Positions 34,101 through 47,605 of a stretch of DNA of 64,000 bases are shown in pieces. Position 1 is the first letter of the stretch. Every line of letters begins with the position of its first letter. The position numbers and the translations under genes are program-made. A model generated the notes under the pieces. That model saw only the letters and a program-made list of their open reading frames with translations, was not told the DNA's origin and searched no databases. The stretch lies in NCBI GenBank assembly GCA_013115145.1, contig JAAPAO010000074.1:1-64000 (forward strand). Direction: 5' to 3'. The stretch comes from Perkinsus chesapeaki ATCC PRA-425 (lineage: Eukaryota > Protista > Perkinsozoa).

Positions 34101-36851
34101 CACAGAAGTGTTACCTCTTCGACGTGCTAGCTGCTGAAAGCATTTACCGACCTCTTCTATATCAGACTCTAATAAGGGAGGTATCCTAATAAGCAAGCAG
34201 CAGCGGATGGTTAGAATGGTCTTTGGAGTGGACTCGGGCACTACGTACTTCGGTCTAAGGCATAGTGTAGATGTCCATTTAGCTTCGATATCGAACAGAA
34301 GCCTATCGACCAGCTTCTTCCTTCTTACTTGGTTCATTTCAAATACATCAGGCCAATGTACAGCAGCCCTAACCACATGAGTGTTAGTCATCAATAATGA
34401 TAATAATAATGCTTGCTGCCGCATTCACCATCTACCAGTCCTGATCCTCTTTATCATTTGCTCCCATGGCCTCATCTGCCTGAGCTCTAGCCCATAGTTC
34501 TTGGGCGTGTTCATCACCACTACTTGCTGCCGTTGATACAGATAAAGGGCTGAACTCAGTAGCCTTCCCTCGGGTATCTGAGTACCATTCAGTATTAAGA
34601 CTAATACTTGTGTAGGCTTACAGCGGCATCTGGTCTGTGGTGGAAGCTCTAAAGTAGTGGCATCTGAGGGGAAAGATACGACTGATACGGTTGTTGTTAA
34701 AGTGTATCGTACCGCCCTGTATTCTTCCATACTCTCCATCAACTGCAGCAGGTTCTTCTGAAAGGGGTGATGTAGCAGTGTTATGTGGTTCAGTAGCCTA
34801 CCCTCAGCTGGAGCTCTATCGTCCTCTAAGTCCTCATCATCAAGTAGGATAACACCATCCTCGTTCTCAGGGTATATAGCAGCACCCTGCCATGGTACCT
34901 CCAATGCTACTCCACCTTCCACTGCATCTGATGATAGAGGATAGTAGGGATAGTGCAAGCGGCGGCCGCCTACCAAGATCGATGACATGAGGTGACTCTA
35001 TTATCTCGATAACACTGTCAACATCACCAATAGAATCAGATAATGAGATGATGTCCTGATTGATTGCAACAAGTAACTTGCAGCTGCTGCTGTCGCTATG
35101 CTGCACCCTTACAGCTTCATCATCATCCTCCTCGCCCTCTCGTAGTGCCCCACCATAGTCAGGCTGCTCATCGAAAGGCTCATCCATGGCTAGTAGCCCA
35201 TGGGAGCCAGTCGGCTCGGTCTTCACAGCTGCTGCTGCTGCTGCAGTGGCGGCTAGTGCCTCCTCCTTCTTAACATCCTCCTCATCCTCTTGTTCTACCG
35301 CAGTTGTCTCCTCTTTAACGAAGCTCTGCTAGTAACGTGATCTAAAGAATGCTTAATACTCTTACCTCGGCAGGGCTCCACCATCTCCATAGTAGCCTGC
35401 CATCGCTTAGCTCACTAAACAAGGGAATGAATATAATACTAAACATGTATCTACAGCAGCAGCAACAACAGCAACACTCACATATTGAGCCAATGTACCG
35501 TTGTTGGTACAACAGCTACGATATCTACACCAGTCGGTCTCTTCAGCGAGGCCACTGTACGAGTCTTTTGACTTGCCCCTAAATACAGTGTATCAAAGCC
35601 GCCACCATCGCCCCATTCTCCTCCTCCTCCTCCTTCGTACTTCTAACACCTTCACTATCAGAGTACATATCAAAGTATACATAGTTATCATTCCAAAGCA
35701 CAGCAAACCCCTCCCCACCAAAGTGAGGTAGGAGTGCACCACTACTCAACAACAACTTGGAAAAATTCTGTCCGGAAGCCTCCATTACAGCACGTAGGTC
35801 AACTTGCTGGAGTACTTCGACACCGTAACGTGCTGAGATGAGGTGGACGAGCAGTAAGGAAGCGTCCGTCTTCCCGTGGCCCACCTTCCGCTATAAAAAC
35901 CACGACCCGAGGCCTGGACCTCTCGAGAAGTATACCGGTCATATCATCATTGAGAAGGGCTAGCTCAGCTCCTTGTGGTCCAGGGCCATCCTTAAGAGCA
36001 GTTACCTCAGTGGATATACTAGGACCAAGGAGGTGTTGATGAAGCAGCCTGCCATTCTTGGTTAATACAACAATGAAACGGGCACATCTGATGGAGGGAC
36101 TATATAGGGAATCTATAGAGGCTATGTGGCTCACGTTGAATCAGTGACAATAGCCACTGGCGTGCTCCTATACGCTCGTGGGACAATAGGCTTAAATAGA
36201 CGGTATTGTCCATCAGCATAGACGTAGGAGTAGATGGTTGTTTGAGGGCGATAAGAGGCGATACTCTTCCTTGGCTTGAATCTCTCATATATAGTTGTAG
36301 CGGCCACCATACCAGTCGAACTGGCTCGAACATACATACAGTATGCGCCAGGTATGGCAATAGAGTCGATAACCTGACAATAGTCAATGGAGTAGATAAC
36401 AGTGGTAAGGTACCTCTCCAGTACGACAGTCCCATCCAAGAACTGCTGCTGCATTATACAACTGTGTCCGTCGGTCATCTTTAGATCGAGGATTGACACC
36501 TATTAGGTAGTAATACAAGACACGGAGGGAAGCCTTACCCAAGTCATAACCTATAAATAGGTAATTAGGTTGTGGTTCATCATCATCCTCTACTACAGAT
36601 GCATGTGTTATCTTAGTATTAAGTTTACTATATGGATGCTGTACACTGCATAATGGAGTATCGTCATTAGCTCTATAAAGTGTAGCCAAGTCCGGACTAT
36701 CAGGACGGAGTACGTAAGGGGAATTGGTTGATACAATAGAAGCAGCAGCAGCACGTTTTATATTATATCGCTGCTGCTGGTGCTGCCCACCATTGGTATC
36801 GTCGTTGTTATGATCATCATCGCTCGGTATAGGCGAGTAGCACAGGGACAT
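31191..36851 (-). CDS. Large hypothetical multi-exon protein (one or two genes); N-terminal part beta-propeller-like
   Basis: Continuous chain of minus-strand coding segments with short introns. N-terminal beta-strand-rich segments (YLFIGYDLG, VLGWDCRTGE), acidic and coiled-coil middle. Confidence 0.5.
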
Positions 36852-37135
36852 TCGTCAAGCTTTATTATTATAATAGAAGGTTAAGGCAACAACAGGCAAA
36901 GGCCATAAGACAAACACTAAACAATATACACCTCAAGTACTAGATATATTTACCACACAGAACGCTCTTCAGTGTCATTAATGTGATTAGCAGAGTACAT
37001 AGAGAATGCTTCTATAACAACGGGTAATATACGTAACAGACTAGATACAAGAGTACTGGGTACTAACTTAACACAAGCAGACGGACAGTATGAAACATAC
37101 ACAAAGGGTAATGTCAGTCATGTCATGGGTTATCA

Positions 37136-39508
37136 TCATGCCACACGGACATCCATCAAACCAGCTACGGTGGAGTAGCGGCATCCCTTCTGAGGAGGAG
37201 GAGTACTGCCTTCTATATTGGTTATGTCCAGACTGTCCAGTCGGAGCCCACTGATGCACCAACCTCTTATCATGAACCCCACTTGGGCACTGAGTAAGAA
37301 GAAGAAGAACTTATGAGATATCATGACTGTAGGAGGTGTGGTAGTCTTACACACATCTCTGCTCGTTAGCTATATCGGTGGATAATGCAGGTGATGTTCC
37401 ACTGCGGTATGATAACGTACCAGACGCTGCAACTACAGTATCCTATGAGTAATGAACAACAATAGAGTGACTATCAGAGGGGATGCTAAGATTTACCTCC
37501 CCACCAGCAGCATTAGACACTAATTGACCAACATGCCATACTAGAACACATCCACCATCAGGAGTGTTGTCTATATGGATAGATGGAGATGACTAAGCAG
37601 TTGAATAATAATTGATAATATGTGGTAGTTGAGCACCTTATGATCGGTACGGCTCTTCATAAAGGTGTTCAAGTTACCACTGGACACCGAAGAAGGTAGT
37701 GCAATACTTACAATAACATCATCAACTACTATACTAGGATGTTGTTGTTGATGGGGTCCCCTATCTGAAGTTGGGCTACATCAGCTGTGTTTGCATCCTT
37801 CTACTCACTATTCCTAGATAACATAGTTGCTCTAGTGTTAAGTACGGCGGATACACGTGGACGTGCTGTGAAGTCTATACGCCCACCACTTCTATCAAAG
37901 GACATCTGAATGAAGGTGTTATTGCGTTTTATTAAACCACTTGCTTGATACTTTCAAATCTAACTGAATCGGCAATCGCCCCGACGCCTGTGCCCTCGAA
38001 AATGGAGTGTGGTAGTTACAAAGCGAATAGCGGCCATCAGCTGGAACAAATGATACCTTCCTATCTTTATACCACTTATTGACATCTACACTGGGATGGA
38101 AATGTACAATACCTATGGGATAATAATATACAGCATCCATGATATGATCCAATACCACTAGTAATGATATCAATATTCCTAATATTAAGCGTTGCATGAG
38201 GGGATAGGCCATTGAGCTTTGATATAACCGATACATCACCAGCCTACGTAGAAAAGGTGTTGAAGAAGCGTTAATAAAGATTAAAGCGGTTACCACATCA
38301 GCATCGACAACATAGCCTTCGTCATCTACTATACAGTTAAATGTCTCCACTACATCAACATAGAGCTCATTATGAGTATAGTGGGGGGAATTGGGACGCC
38401 ACCAATACTCTCCACCTGTTAGACAAGAGTCAAGCTATAGCTTCCTAGTAAGGGTGCTGCTAATACCGATATCAATGGTAGTTGCACTTGTGTCTCGATT
38501 ATTAGCAGCATTAACTAGAGCACCAGATGATGCTGCCATAGCATTAGTAACACCAGTCATAACACTTGACATAGCGGATGCTAGGAAGCTAGAGGTGGTA
38601 GTATTGGATGGAGCTAACAGGCTAACAATGTTCAATAGGAAAGCATTAATACCTTACTACCAACACCAAGGCTAAGATTGGGGCTAGGCTGCTGGGGAGC
38701 TACCACTTCATTACGACGATCGCTGGCCATCTTGGCAGATGTGCCGGCAACAGCTGCTATGAACTTACCAAGCATCGTAGGAGGAGGGAGCATGGCCTGT
38801 GGTTGATGGATAATTGGGACAAATATCCCAGCTGCGTTACCTCTAGGTTGGCCTTATTGGTTGTAAAGGGAAGGCCTGGTCCATCAATGATCTCATCTAA
38901 TAGAATTGCTACTGTACTGAAGTTATCACGTAATAGCTCCTCATCCACTCTAGGATATCGATGACCTTTTCAAATACATGTCTCAGGTAATGGTGTTACA
39001 TTACCCTACCGACAAGTGATGAGGAGGCTAATGCCGCCGAACAGTAGTGTAGTAGGACTGAATACACTGTGTCTAGGATATCAAATAATAAAAGTGCTGA
39101 TACATCAGTACCTATGATAGAGATGATGGTTGAGAAGTGATTGTTGGGGTATGCTTACTAACAACAGCAGCCAGGTAGATATATTCTCTATATATGTATA
39201 TTAATACACACGGAGTGCTATCATTACCATCAGTATCAACCTATTACAGCTATCACCACGGACTATACAATGGTAAGATAGGATGACCTTTGATGCATGA
39301 ACTATACCATAGAGGTTAGTTGGACACTTGTCCCTTTTATTAAATAGGGTTCGGACAAGCTTCCTATAGCTTGCTAAGGAATGGTGACGACGACGATACA
39401 CTTTAGAGGTGATCTCCTCTCTAACGACATGACCACCGCCATCATCATCATCCGTTGGTGACACTCTTATTACCCGTATGGATTCAATAAGAACAGACAG
39501 TCTATCAT
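37136..39508 (-). CDS. AP3M: Adaptor protein complex mu subunit, AP-3 mu type, multi-exon
   Basis: MIDCLFLLNPYG, EELLRDNFSTVAILLDEIIDGPGLPFTT, FHPSVDVNKWYKDRKVSFVPADGRYSLCNY and ISGLRLDSLDIT...KGCRYSTVAG each mirror AP3M1 motifs. Confidence 0.85.
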
Positions 39509-39590
39509 AAACCTCTTAACAACTACTGCAAAGTTAGTGTACACTATAACTCAAGGACCATGGACCATAGGACAACAATATAAGACCACA

Positions 39591-42500
39591 TTACGTACCG
39601 GATATATTTCCAGTATCATGTTTGGTAGGTATTAAGCTACTCTCTACTAACCTTTTCTGACTGCATACCTGCGCTAAAGGTCTAAGTGCATCAGGCTTCC
39701 GTTTAAGTAACACTTTAGACTCTCTCGACTTTGGCCGTGGTAGCTTCTTCCCAGCTTTAACAGCCTCCACAAGCCTTTTGTCTACTGGCCGCATAACAAC
39801 ATGTTTAACAGACCCCGTCGCCGCCACCGCAGCCAGGAAAGATGCCATTGATCCTTGCTTCTGAGAGTACCCAGCTATCTTCTTTAACTCATCAGCAATG
39901 TCTCTCTGTTGTTGGTGATATAGTTCTATATCTCTACTACTACCACGTACAACAGGCTCGTCCTGATCATCATCATAAAGGTCGGTATGGCTATTGACCG
40001 ATGGTGCTCTAGAGGAGGACGCAGCGGCCTCAGAGTTAGTATCACAAGATAGAGACCCTAAAGTAGCGCTAGACTGTAGCCATCGATAGCTACTGACACT
40101 TTTCTTTTCCTCCGAAACTGTTCTCTCGGGTGCATTATCTGAGACTTCCATTCGGACAGTTCTCTGACTCTTCAGCTTGCTTAAACCAGCAATCTTCTTC
40201 CCTTCACCCAAGGAGCTTCTAACACTACCCTTCCTAGCTTCACTGCTCTTATCCACTGACACTGCTGCTGCTGCTGCCGCTTGCTGTTGTTGTTTTTCTT
40301 GTTGTATTTGTTCTGCCTCCTCTTGTTGCCTTTTAATAATATCCTCTATTGCCTGTACCTTCTTTGGGGCCATTGCTTGCTTTATCATATTCCTCTTCCT
40401 CACCCCCTTCACTTGTTCTTGTTGCTTGTTCAATACGCTCTTCACTACATTGCCTCTATGCAATGTGAACTTCTTATACCATCTCAATATATCCTTCAAA
40501 GTGACCCTCCCATCAGTATCAGTATCAACCTCTTCAAACCACTCAGTAATAACAGAATCCACAGAGTCATGCTTTCCAACTCTATTAAGTATACATCTCC
40601 TGCACAGCTGTATGTATGCATTCTTATCGATGCTTCTGGAACCCTCTGACACTAGGCTGTTAAACGCGGCAGATATCATCCCTGCGGCGATGGTATCCAA
40701 CTTCAATTTTCGAGTAAGTTTCTTAAATCTCTTCTCCTCAATAGGTAGTCCCTGAACATACCTCCCATTAGCTACATCACAGAGCATTCTTACCTTTTCA
40801 TCCTCTTCAGATGATATATCATCCTCACTGCATTCAGATGCCTTAACTGCTTGATAGGTGGCCCTGAGCCAGCCCTTAGCCCCCAAGGCACCCCAGTTCT
40901 CCTCGGCTATCGACATACGCCCCCCATCTACTCCTTCTTCTTGCTTTGCCGTGTCGTCAGCATTCGAAGCTACCGATGCATTGGACTTCCGTTTAGCATC
41001 CCAAGCTGTAACGGCGACAACCTTGGTTAGGGCAGCCATACCAGGCTTTGATCCTGCAGTAGGACCACATAGGCAACAGATGATGACATATGTTCTGCTA
41101 CCAAAGCCACTATCCTCTTCCTCTTGGTTACTACCACTCTCCAGTTTCCATGCACCCAACCTCGCCACTATTTGCTGCATTCCTAATACGAGACGATCTC
41201 GCTGCCGGCATACCTGCTGAGGGCATGGCTAGGCCACCTTCTGTACGGGTCCGCTAGGATTAATCAACACTACTTAGTGTGCTATATCATCAAATGTAGG
41301 ATAAGAACTACCTCATCTTCGATAAGTGTTATCTCCTTCAGCCCTAAGTGCTGCACTTCTTCACTATGGTCGTCTGCGTATTCATCTTGGAAATCAGCCC
41401 AATACCGCCAATGCCTCGAGATACCCTCCCACTGCTTAATATCCCGTATAAATCTTTCAGCCCTAAGACATAATTGGCACATGATGGACGGGTTAAGACT
41501 ACCTTATATGTACCCTTCGGATAGTCCTTTCAAGTAGGGTTATGACTGAGCTGGAGTAAGAGTGTGGTGCCTCTCCTACTGGATGAGGTGGTGCATCCAT
41601 AGCCTCTCTTTTGGAATTGTTATATCGTTGTGAGGCACACAAATAGAACTCTATAAGCCTCATTAAAGGGAGATGATCTGGATGAAGGTCTGAGGTACAG
41701 AGGTACCTTATCACTTTAGACCTTCCAAGACTTACTAATAACATCTCTAAGACCATCATGTACAAAGAATAGTGTCGATGGTGAGTCCGGTGTATCACCA
41801 AGTTGTACATGGAAATGCCATGGAGATGATAAAGGCTCCTCAAGCCAGTCTAGTACAGCCGATACTATAACCAACATACCACGATCATCATCATCATTAG
41901 ATATATCAAATCTCAGCCCGAGGTACTAAAGACAACAACTGTTATTAGCGGTAAGCCAAGGAGCATCATCGTTGCCACCACCTGTTGGGCATATGCCTCT
42001 GGCGTTGTGGTATCAGATAGACCCTTTAGCCCTGACCTCCGACATAACTTAGTGATATCTTCAATTCGCCCTAGTAACAGATTTTTACGCTTATGAGGGG
42101 ATATGCCACTCCTTGGTGGTATATAGGATATATCCTCCTCTCCCGGTTGGGATGGCCCTAAGTACAAAGTGTACACAATGCCACCGATGAAGGGCTACTT
42201 CCCCGTCCGGCTGCTGATGCCCCCTCTGGTGCTGTAGCTGGCCTATGATGGTGTTTCCTAATCCACGGCCTTCTACTTCGTGAACGATGCCGTCCACACT
42301 TCTTTCGTTTATGCTTTCTAGTAACTAACCCATGTTGTGGCTGCTGCGGGTGCTGCTCTTCATCATCAGACTGGCCTATAGGATAGATAGTATGTATTAT
42401 AAGTAGATGTAATTACACTCAATTGTCCCAGGCATTGGTAGCTCATGAACTTCACCGTCAATAGTAATATGTATGGTAAATGACAGTTCCCTCAGAGGAA

Positions 42501-42591
42501 TAACCTTAGACCCTCCTTCAGGTGACTTAGCCAATGTTGCTGCTGCTGATGGCTGGTGGTGGTAGTGCTCCCCCTCCTCTTCACCGGTCAT
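39591..42591 (-). CDS. EF-hand domain-containing protein with coiled-coil, multi-exon 5' part
   Basis: Terminal 1.6-kb ORF contains WFEEVDTDTDGRVTLKDI (EF loop) and a Q/K-rich coiled coil. Upstream exons reach ATG 42591. Confidence 0.65.
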
Positions 42592-42772
42592 TCAAAGCTT
42601 TGTACTTGTTAAAGCGGGGCAGTTGGGAAATGAAAGAATAACCTATATGCCGATAGCATCTCACCCACCACTACTGTGACTGACTCTTTGCTTATTGAAA
42701 TAACTCAGATCCTATACATTATGAAGTATCACAAAGAGGTATATAAACAACAACAAGTAATGGTTATATCAC

Positions 42773-45700
42773 TTAGGGCTCCTCAGGAGCTTGTGGTAGT
42801 AGCCCTTCAGGGTCTACAGCACCAACATCTCTCTTCACATTCTCATTAACATCAGCAGCAGCAGACTCAGTAGAAGAGGACTCTACAGTTGTTGCTGACT
42901 TCTCCTTCACCGCCGTAGGGTCAGTACCACCGTTACACTGTGTTGGCTGATTCTCAACTGGAGTGGTGGTGGTGGTGGTGGTGGTGGTATTGTTGTTAAG
43001 AGTAGTATCATGATCCTTGTGGTCGTGGTGGTGGTTATCCTCTAATATTGTCTCTAGACCTTCAGCTGCCATTGGTAATAGCCTATTGACTGTAGCCAAT
43101 AACTGTCTAGCTGTATCAGTGTCCCTCAGATCAGGATCAGTAGCCGTAACCATAAGCAAGTTACGGACACCTTGCACTAGGCCTTCATCAGACTCGACAT
43201 TAGGACACTTGCACACCACTTCCACCAAAGCTGGTATAGGGTCGCCCCATAATCCCTGAGTCTTAGACAAGTGATACAGGACAACTCTTAAGGCAACCTT
43301 GCTGAGGGAAGCTGAGTGGTAGTGCTGCAGTAATGGTATAAAGATATTAGTAACCAGCTTAACCCAATACTGAGATGGTATCTGGGCTTGAGGACCCTCC
43401 AAGAGCAGGACTCGTAGAGTGTTCTCAGCTCGACTAACCAAAGCCTCATGCTTAGTACGCACCACAATGGTAGATACAGCTGTAACAGTAGGTATCCATA
43501 AAGGCAACCATTCACTAACCTCACCATGGGCTTGGGATATGACGGCAGGTAGTAGAGCAGATAGTACATCCAATGACTTGCTTGCTAAGGATTCATCAAG
43601 TTGACATATAGAGAAGGCACAGAGGACACGTGTTAAGGATATATAGAGGAGTGATGAGGCAGGGGATAAACCAGAGTCTGCTAGGTGGGAGACACACTGC
43701 ATGGCAAAGTTGAAGGAGACCGCTGAAGTAGATGGACACTCAGCAATGGCTTGAAGAAGTGCTAATATTGCACTTAAAGTATCCTCATCAGGCTGCCTCT
43801 GTCTCACCAACAGCAACAGACCACTAGCTGCTCGCTCAGCAACTCTAGCAAACACCGACTTAGGTAAAGATGCTAGACTAAGCAAGAGACTGCGGACCTG
43901 TGGGAGGCCATCATCAAGCTCTATAAGCCGTACACATATCCTCATGGTGTTAACAGCTACCCTCTCTAAGAATGCTGGATTCTCCACTGCCTTATCAGGC
44001 AGTTCATGAGCATACTGCAGTAAAGACAACAAATGAGGGGCCGCTACCTCACGACAGAGATTTGGCTCAGCATTCGACACATACACTGATGTTGTTACTG
44101 TAGTTAAGATCTCAAGGTTCATCACTGGATCGGCTACCCTACGCCATTCAGCCCAGGGCTGCCATGCTCCACCAGGAGGATCTTGTTCAGGTACCCAAGA
44201 GGCTTCCTTACATAGGACCGTGACCAAGGCCTTGAGACTAGGCATACCCAATAGCCTTATACGGTCTGCTGAGAAACAGTCCGCTAGTCTAACTGGATCA
44301 ACTTCAAGCTGTTTCTTAAGATGCTGCTCGACATTATCAACTCCTTCTGGTGTAGCAGTATGTGGGGCCGATAACACTGCCTCTAATGGCATTACTTGGG
44401 ATACAGTAGACTCAGCTTTCCTAAGCGATGCTGTTGGGGTTGACATACCAGCATCCTTAGTTTGCTCTTGCCCATCATCCTCATCATCACTCTCATCAGA
44501 ATCACTAATACCACCAAAGTAGCTAGACAACACTGCCAAGAAGCCACTGTTATTAGCCATGTCCTCTGCCCCCTGTGAATGACTACGAGAGGACTTCCTC
44601 ATTGGGGCCATACCAGGTGGATGGAATGCTTCTGGGGCGATGGACACCAAAGGTTTGCCATGGGAGTCTACAAAGTCCTCAAGCTCAGCTAGGCTATCTG
44701 GCAGCAAGCCCAGTGACCATAGGCCAGTGAGCCAGTTGAGTATAGCACGCCAACCACTCTCCTGTAGTAGGAAACCGTACTCCCTCAGCCACATACCTAA
44801 GGTCTGGGCTGCTAACTGGGAACGTACAGTAAGAGGAGGACAGAAGAATTGACCAAGCCGACAGACTATCTTATTAAAAGCATCAGCATGCCTCAATAAA
44901 GCTGCTGCACGAGCAAGATCTATCCAACCAGCCAATGATACTTGGAATGCATCAGCAGTAGCAAAGGACCTTGATAAACTATCTAATATTTCACCATCAT
45001 TCCAAACCACTTTAAACATGGCCTTATCATGGGCTAAGGACCAACTACCACCAGTTGCCAATGAGAACTCACCAACCTCATAAGATTTCCGCATAAGGTT
45101 ATCCCATTCTCTTTGGTCCACCAATCTCTCAGCACCAGGGGTAGAATCAAACAGTCTTATCTCCTCACTGTAGATGGAGTTATATATATCAGTAAGGAAG
45201 TCAGAGTCAAGATCTCTACCAGCATCAATACCTCTATTATTACGCTTGAACTCATCTAATGACATCTTATTCTTAACCATAGGATTGTGTAGATCAGTAT
45301 TCAGCATAATAAGGGAATAGCTTAATATAAATACAGTATCAGAGGAATGCATCACCACTGGATCGGTAGGGTTACCATCAGCATCCATCTCACATTCCCT
45401 ATACACCAGCCTAGCATCAGGCCCTTCCTCAGGTGCCCTTTGCTGTGCACCAAAATAGGCCAATGAGAATGATTCAACAATCCTCTCTATCTCTTGAGCT
45501 TCACCAGGCAATCTGAAGGTAGCTAACATAACCCTCAGTGCCTCAACCACTGGCATACCAGCAAACTTGAAGGAATTCATAAACTCTTTCCTAATCTCAC
45601 CATTGAAGTCCTGTCGCTTGGCCAAGAACTCCCCCAAGACTTTCATATCCAACCCAGGAGTATGCCGACAGAAGTTGGCAAAGGCCTTAGCCGTGACAGG

Positions 45701-47605
45701 ATCAGGTAACAATCCAAGTGACTGTAGTGTAGGGACACATTTACTAGGGCTAGAGTTGAAGGCTTGTGCAGCTAGTGCTAACCGACGCTTCTGTTCCTTT
45801 CGGAGCTCTAATTTAGCACCTTGCTCCTCAGTAGTATCACCACCACCACCACCTTGTTGCTGTTGTGGTGGTGTATCTGTCCTAGTTAGTGTAGGTTGTA
45901 AATTTCCCTGTGTTGATAGTTCCTTAGATGCTTGTTCAGTACGTACAGCAATACCCCTAACTATAGCCAATAGACCATTTAATGCCATATTAGCCAGATT
46001 CTTCTTCCTCTCATTCTCCACTGCTATTGATGCCTCCTTACCACCTTTCTCGTCCTTAACTGGTTCAGTATCATTAGCAACACTCATAAGCAGCTTTACT
46101 AACCTTTCAAATAGATTAGTACAATGTACATCACAATCATAGTTCTCATATAGCTCTACCATAAGCTCAGGTTCACGGCAGAACTCCAACAATGATTCCA
46201 ATGCTAGCTCCCTTTGGTCCATTGACCTATTACCTGATGCTGGTACCATCTTCAAGTGTATACTGGTGAAGAAGATCTCCAATTGCACTTTAAGATGTCG
46301 TTTAAAATGTTGGAATAGGTTAAATACTGCCCTAAGTGTAGCCGATAACACCCTAAGGCTCTCATTGGCTGTTGAGTTCATTAATAAAGCCTTACATATA
46401 TCATTTTGTATAACAGATATAAGTGCTTGATGATAACACATATCAGCCCCACCAGTTTCCAATGCCACATTTAACAAGCTTAGCCCAAGTGATCTAGTCT
46501 CTTCCATAGCCTTAGCTGTTTCTGCGGAGTCTGATGAACCTCTAAATGGTCCACCCAATGACAGTCTACCACCCTCCTCAAATAGATCCCTCATCTCCGC
46601 TTCAGGATCGCAGCCTCCAGCCTCGGGACTAGGTGCCCTTGGATGCCGATACTGTTGCGGAGGAGTGCCGCTCCGCTGCGGAGTCCTGGACCGTACAGAT
46701 GAGTTACCCTGTTGTTGTTGAGTGGCTGATGATGATGGGCCTCTTGGACCACTTTCCGGCCCTTGGTCTGAGCCAGGGAAGCCAGCAGTCATAAGGAATG
46801 CCATATATCGTAATAAGCAATATCTAGCAGGCACCGAATAGCCACCAGTACCACCACCACCACCACGTTGGTTAAATACAGTCAAGACTATAAGTGTTAG
46901 CTGCTGCTCAGCACTACTCCTCAATAGATGTGATAGCCCCATAGGTTGCTTAGCTACCTGATGTATCTTCCGCACCATTTGCCATACACATGCATCAGTG
47001 AGCTGTGCCCCAGTGGGACATCTTAGAGCATCCACCAATACTGTTATCATCTTTAATAATACCACCTCATCATCTGGGGTCCCTTCAGCTCCAAATCGGC
47101 AATTAATAACACCAGCAACAAGAGTATTAATAGCCTTAGGGCCCATCTTATCAGTTGGTATCAAACCAAATGATACAAACTTATTAACACTATCCAAAGC
47201 CACAGCAGTTAATGGACCACTGGCATCCTCACTTTGTATAACATTAAGGAAGGGTGCTAAATACCTAACTGTATCAAACTCATTAAAGTCATCAAGATAG
47301 GTTAATTCGTCGAATAATGCTTGAAACTGTTTAATAGCTCCTTCACGGAATATAGCAGAGCGATGTGACCATGATCGTTCACTCTTCTCCAACTTTAATA
47401 CTGTTAATATATTATGTATCTCATTTTTAACACATTTAGCTGGATATTTAGCACCAACCCATACTGGTACACCATCTGTTCTTGTTGTTGATGTTGGGCG
47501 TTGTTGCTGTTGTTGCCCATCAGCACTCTCAGTGGAGGAGGGGGTATTGGAGCCCACACCTCCACCATCATCATCCATGCTGCCACTACCAACGACCAGC
47601 GTCAT
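42773..47605 (-). CDS. GBF1: Large Sec7-domain ARF guanine-nucleotide exchange factor, GBF1/GNOM/Gea type
   Basis: 1610-aa single ORF: DCB region (YLAPFLNVIQSEDASGPLTAVAL), HUS box (LYENYDCD), Sec7 motifs FRLPGEAQEIERI (catalytic Glu) and LIMLNTDLHNPMVKNKM. Confidence 0.93.
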   Translation of the reverse strand: MTLVVGSGSMDDDGGGVGSNTPSSTESADGQQQQQRPTSTTRTDGVPVWVGAKYPAKCVKNEIHNILTVLKLEKSERSWSHRSAIFREGAIKQFQALFDELTYLDDFNEFDTVRYLAPFLNVIQSEDASGPLTAVALDSVNKFVSFGLIPTDKMGPKAINTLVAGVINCRFGAEGTPDDEVVLLKMITVLVDALRCPTGAQLTDACVWQMVRKIHQVAKQPMGLSHLLRSSAEQQLTLIVLTVFNQRGGGGGTGGYSVPARYCLLRYMAFLMTAGFPGSDQGPESGPRGPSSSATQQQQGNSSVRSRTPQRSGTPPQQYRHPRAPSPEAGGCDPEAEMRDLFEEGGRLSLGGPFRGSSDSAETAKAMEETRSLGLSLLNVALETGGADMCYHQALISVIQNDICKALLMNSTANESLRVLSATLRAVFNLFQHFKRHLKVQLEIFFTSIHLKMVPASGNRSMDQRELALESLLEFCREPELMVELYENYDCDVHCTNLFERLVKLLMSVANDTEPVKDEKGGKEASIAVENERKKNLANMALNGLLAIVRGIAVRTEQASKELSTQGNLQPTLTRTDTPPQQQQGGGGGDTTEEQGAKLELRKEQKRRLALAAQAFNSSPSKCVPTLQSLGLLPDPVTAKAFANFCRHTPGLDMKVLGEFLAKRQDFNGEIRKEFMNSFKFAGMPVVEALRVMLATFRLPGEAQEIERIVESFSLAYFGAQQRAPEEGPDARLVYRECEMDADGNPTDPVVMHSSDTVFILSYSLIMLNTDLHNPMVKNKMSLDEFKRNNRGIDAGRDLDSDFLTDIYNSIYSEEIRLFDSTPGAERLVDQREWDNLMRKSYEVGEFSLATGGSWSLAHDKAMFKVVWNDGEILDSLSRSFATADAFQVSLAGWIDLARAAALLRHADAFNKIVCRLGQFFCPPLTVRSQLAAQTLGMWLREYGFLLQESGWRAILNWLTGLWSLGLLPDSLAELEDFVDSHGKPLVSIAPEAFHPPGMAPMRKSSRSHSQGAEDMANNSGFLAVLSSYFGGISDSDESDDEDDGQEQTKDAGMSTPTASLRKAESTVSQVMPLEAVLSAPHTATPEGVDNVEQHLKKQLEVDPVRLADCFSADRIRLLGMPSLKALVTVLCKEASWVPEQDPPGGAWQPWAEWRRVADPVMNLEILTTVTTSVYVSNAEPNLCREVAAPHLLSLLQYAHELPDKAVENPAFLERVAVNTMRICVRLIELDDGLPQVRSLLLSLASLPKSVFARVAERAASGLLLLVRQRQPDEDTLSAILALLQAIAECPSTSAVSFNFAMQCVSHLADSGLSPASSLLYISLTRVLCAFSICQLDESLASKSLDVLSALLPAVISQAHGEVSEWLPLWIPTVTAVSTIVVRTKHEALVSRAENTLRVLLLEGPQAQIPSQYWVKLVTNIFIPLLQHYHSASLSKVALRVVLYHLSKTQGLWGDPIPALVEVVCKCPNVESDEGLVQGVRNLLMVTATDPDLRDTDTARQLLATVNRLLPMAAEGLETILEDNHHHDHKDHDTTLNNNTTTTTTTTTPVENQPTQCNGGTDPTAVKEKSATTVESSSTESAAADVNENVKRDVGAVDPEGLLPQAPEEP

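Noticed and set aside
42963-42988. (GGT)n and similar triplet runs, also (CTC)n near 10180-10203
   Set aside because: Ordinary coding microsatellites (poly-Thr, poly-Glu).
40177-46142. Plus-strand ORFs of 100-190 aa opposite the EF-hand and GBF1 genes
   Set aside because: Antisense shadows of long coding frames with no independent features.
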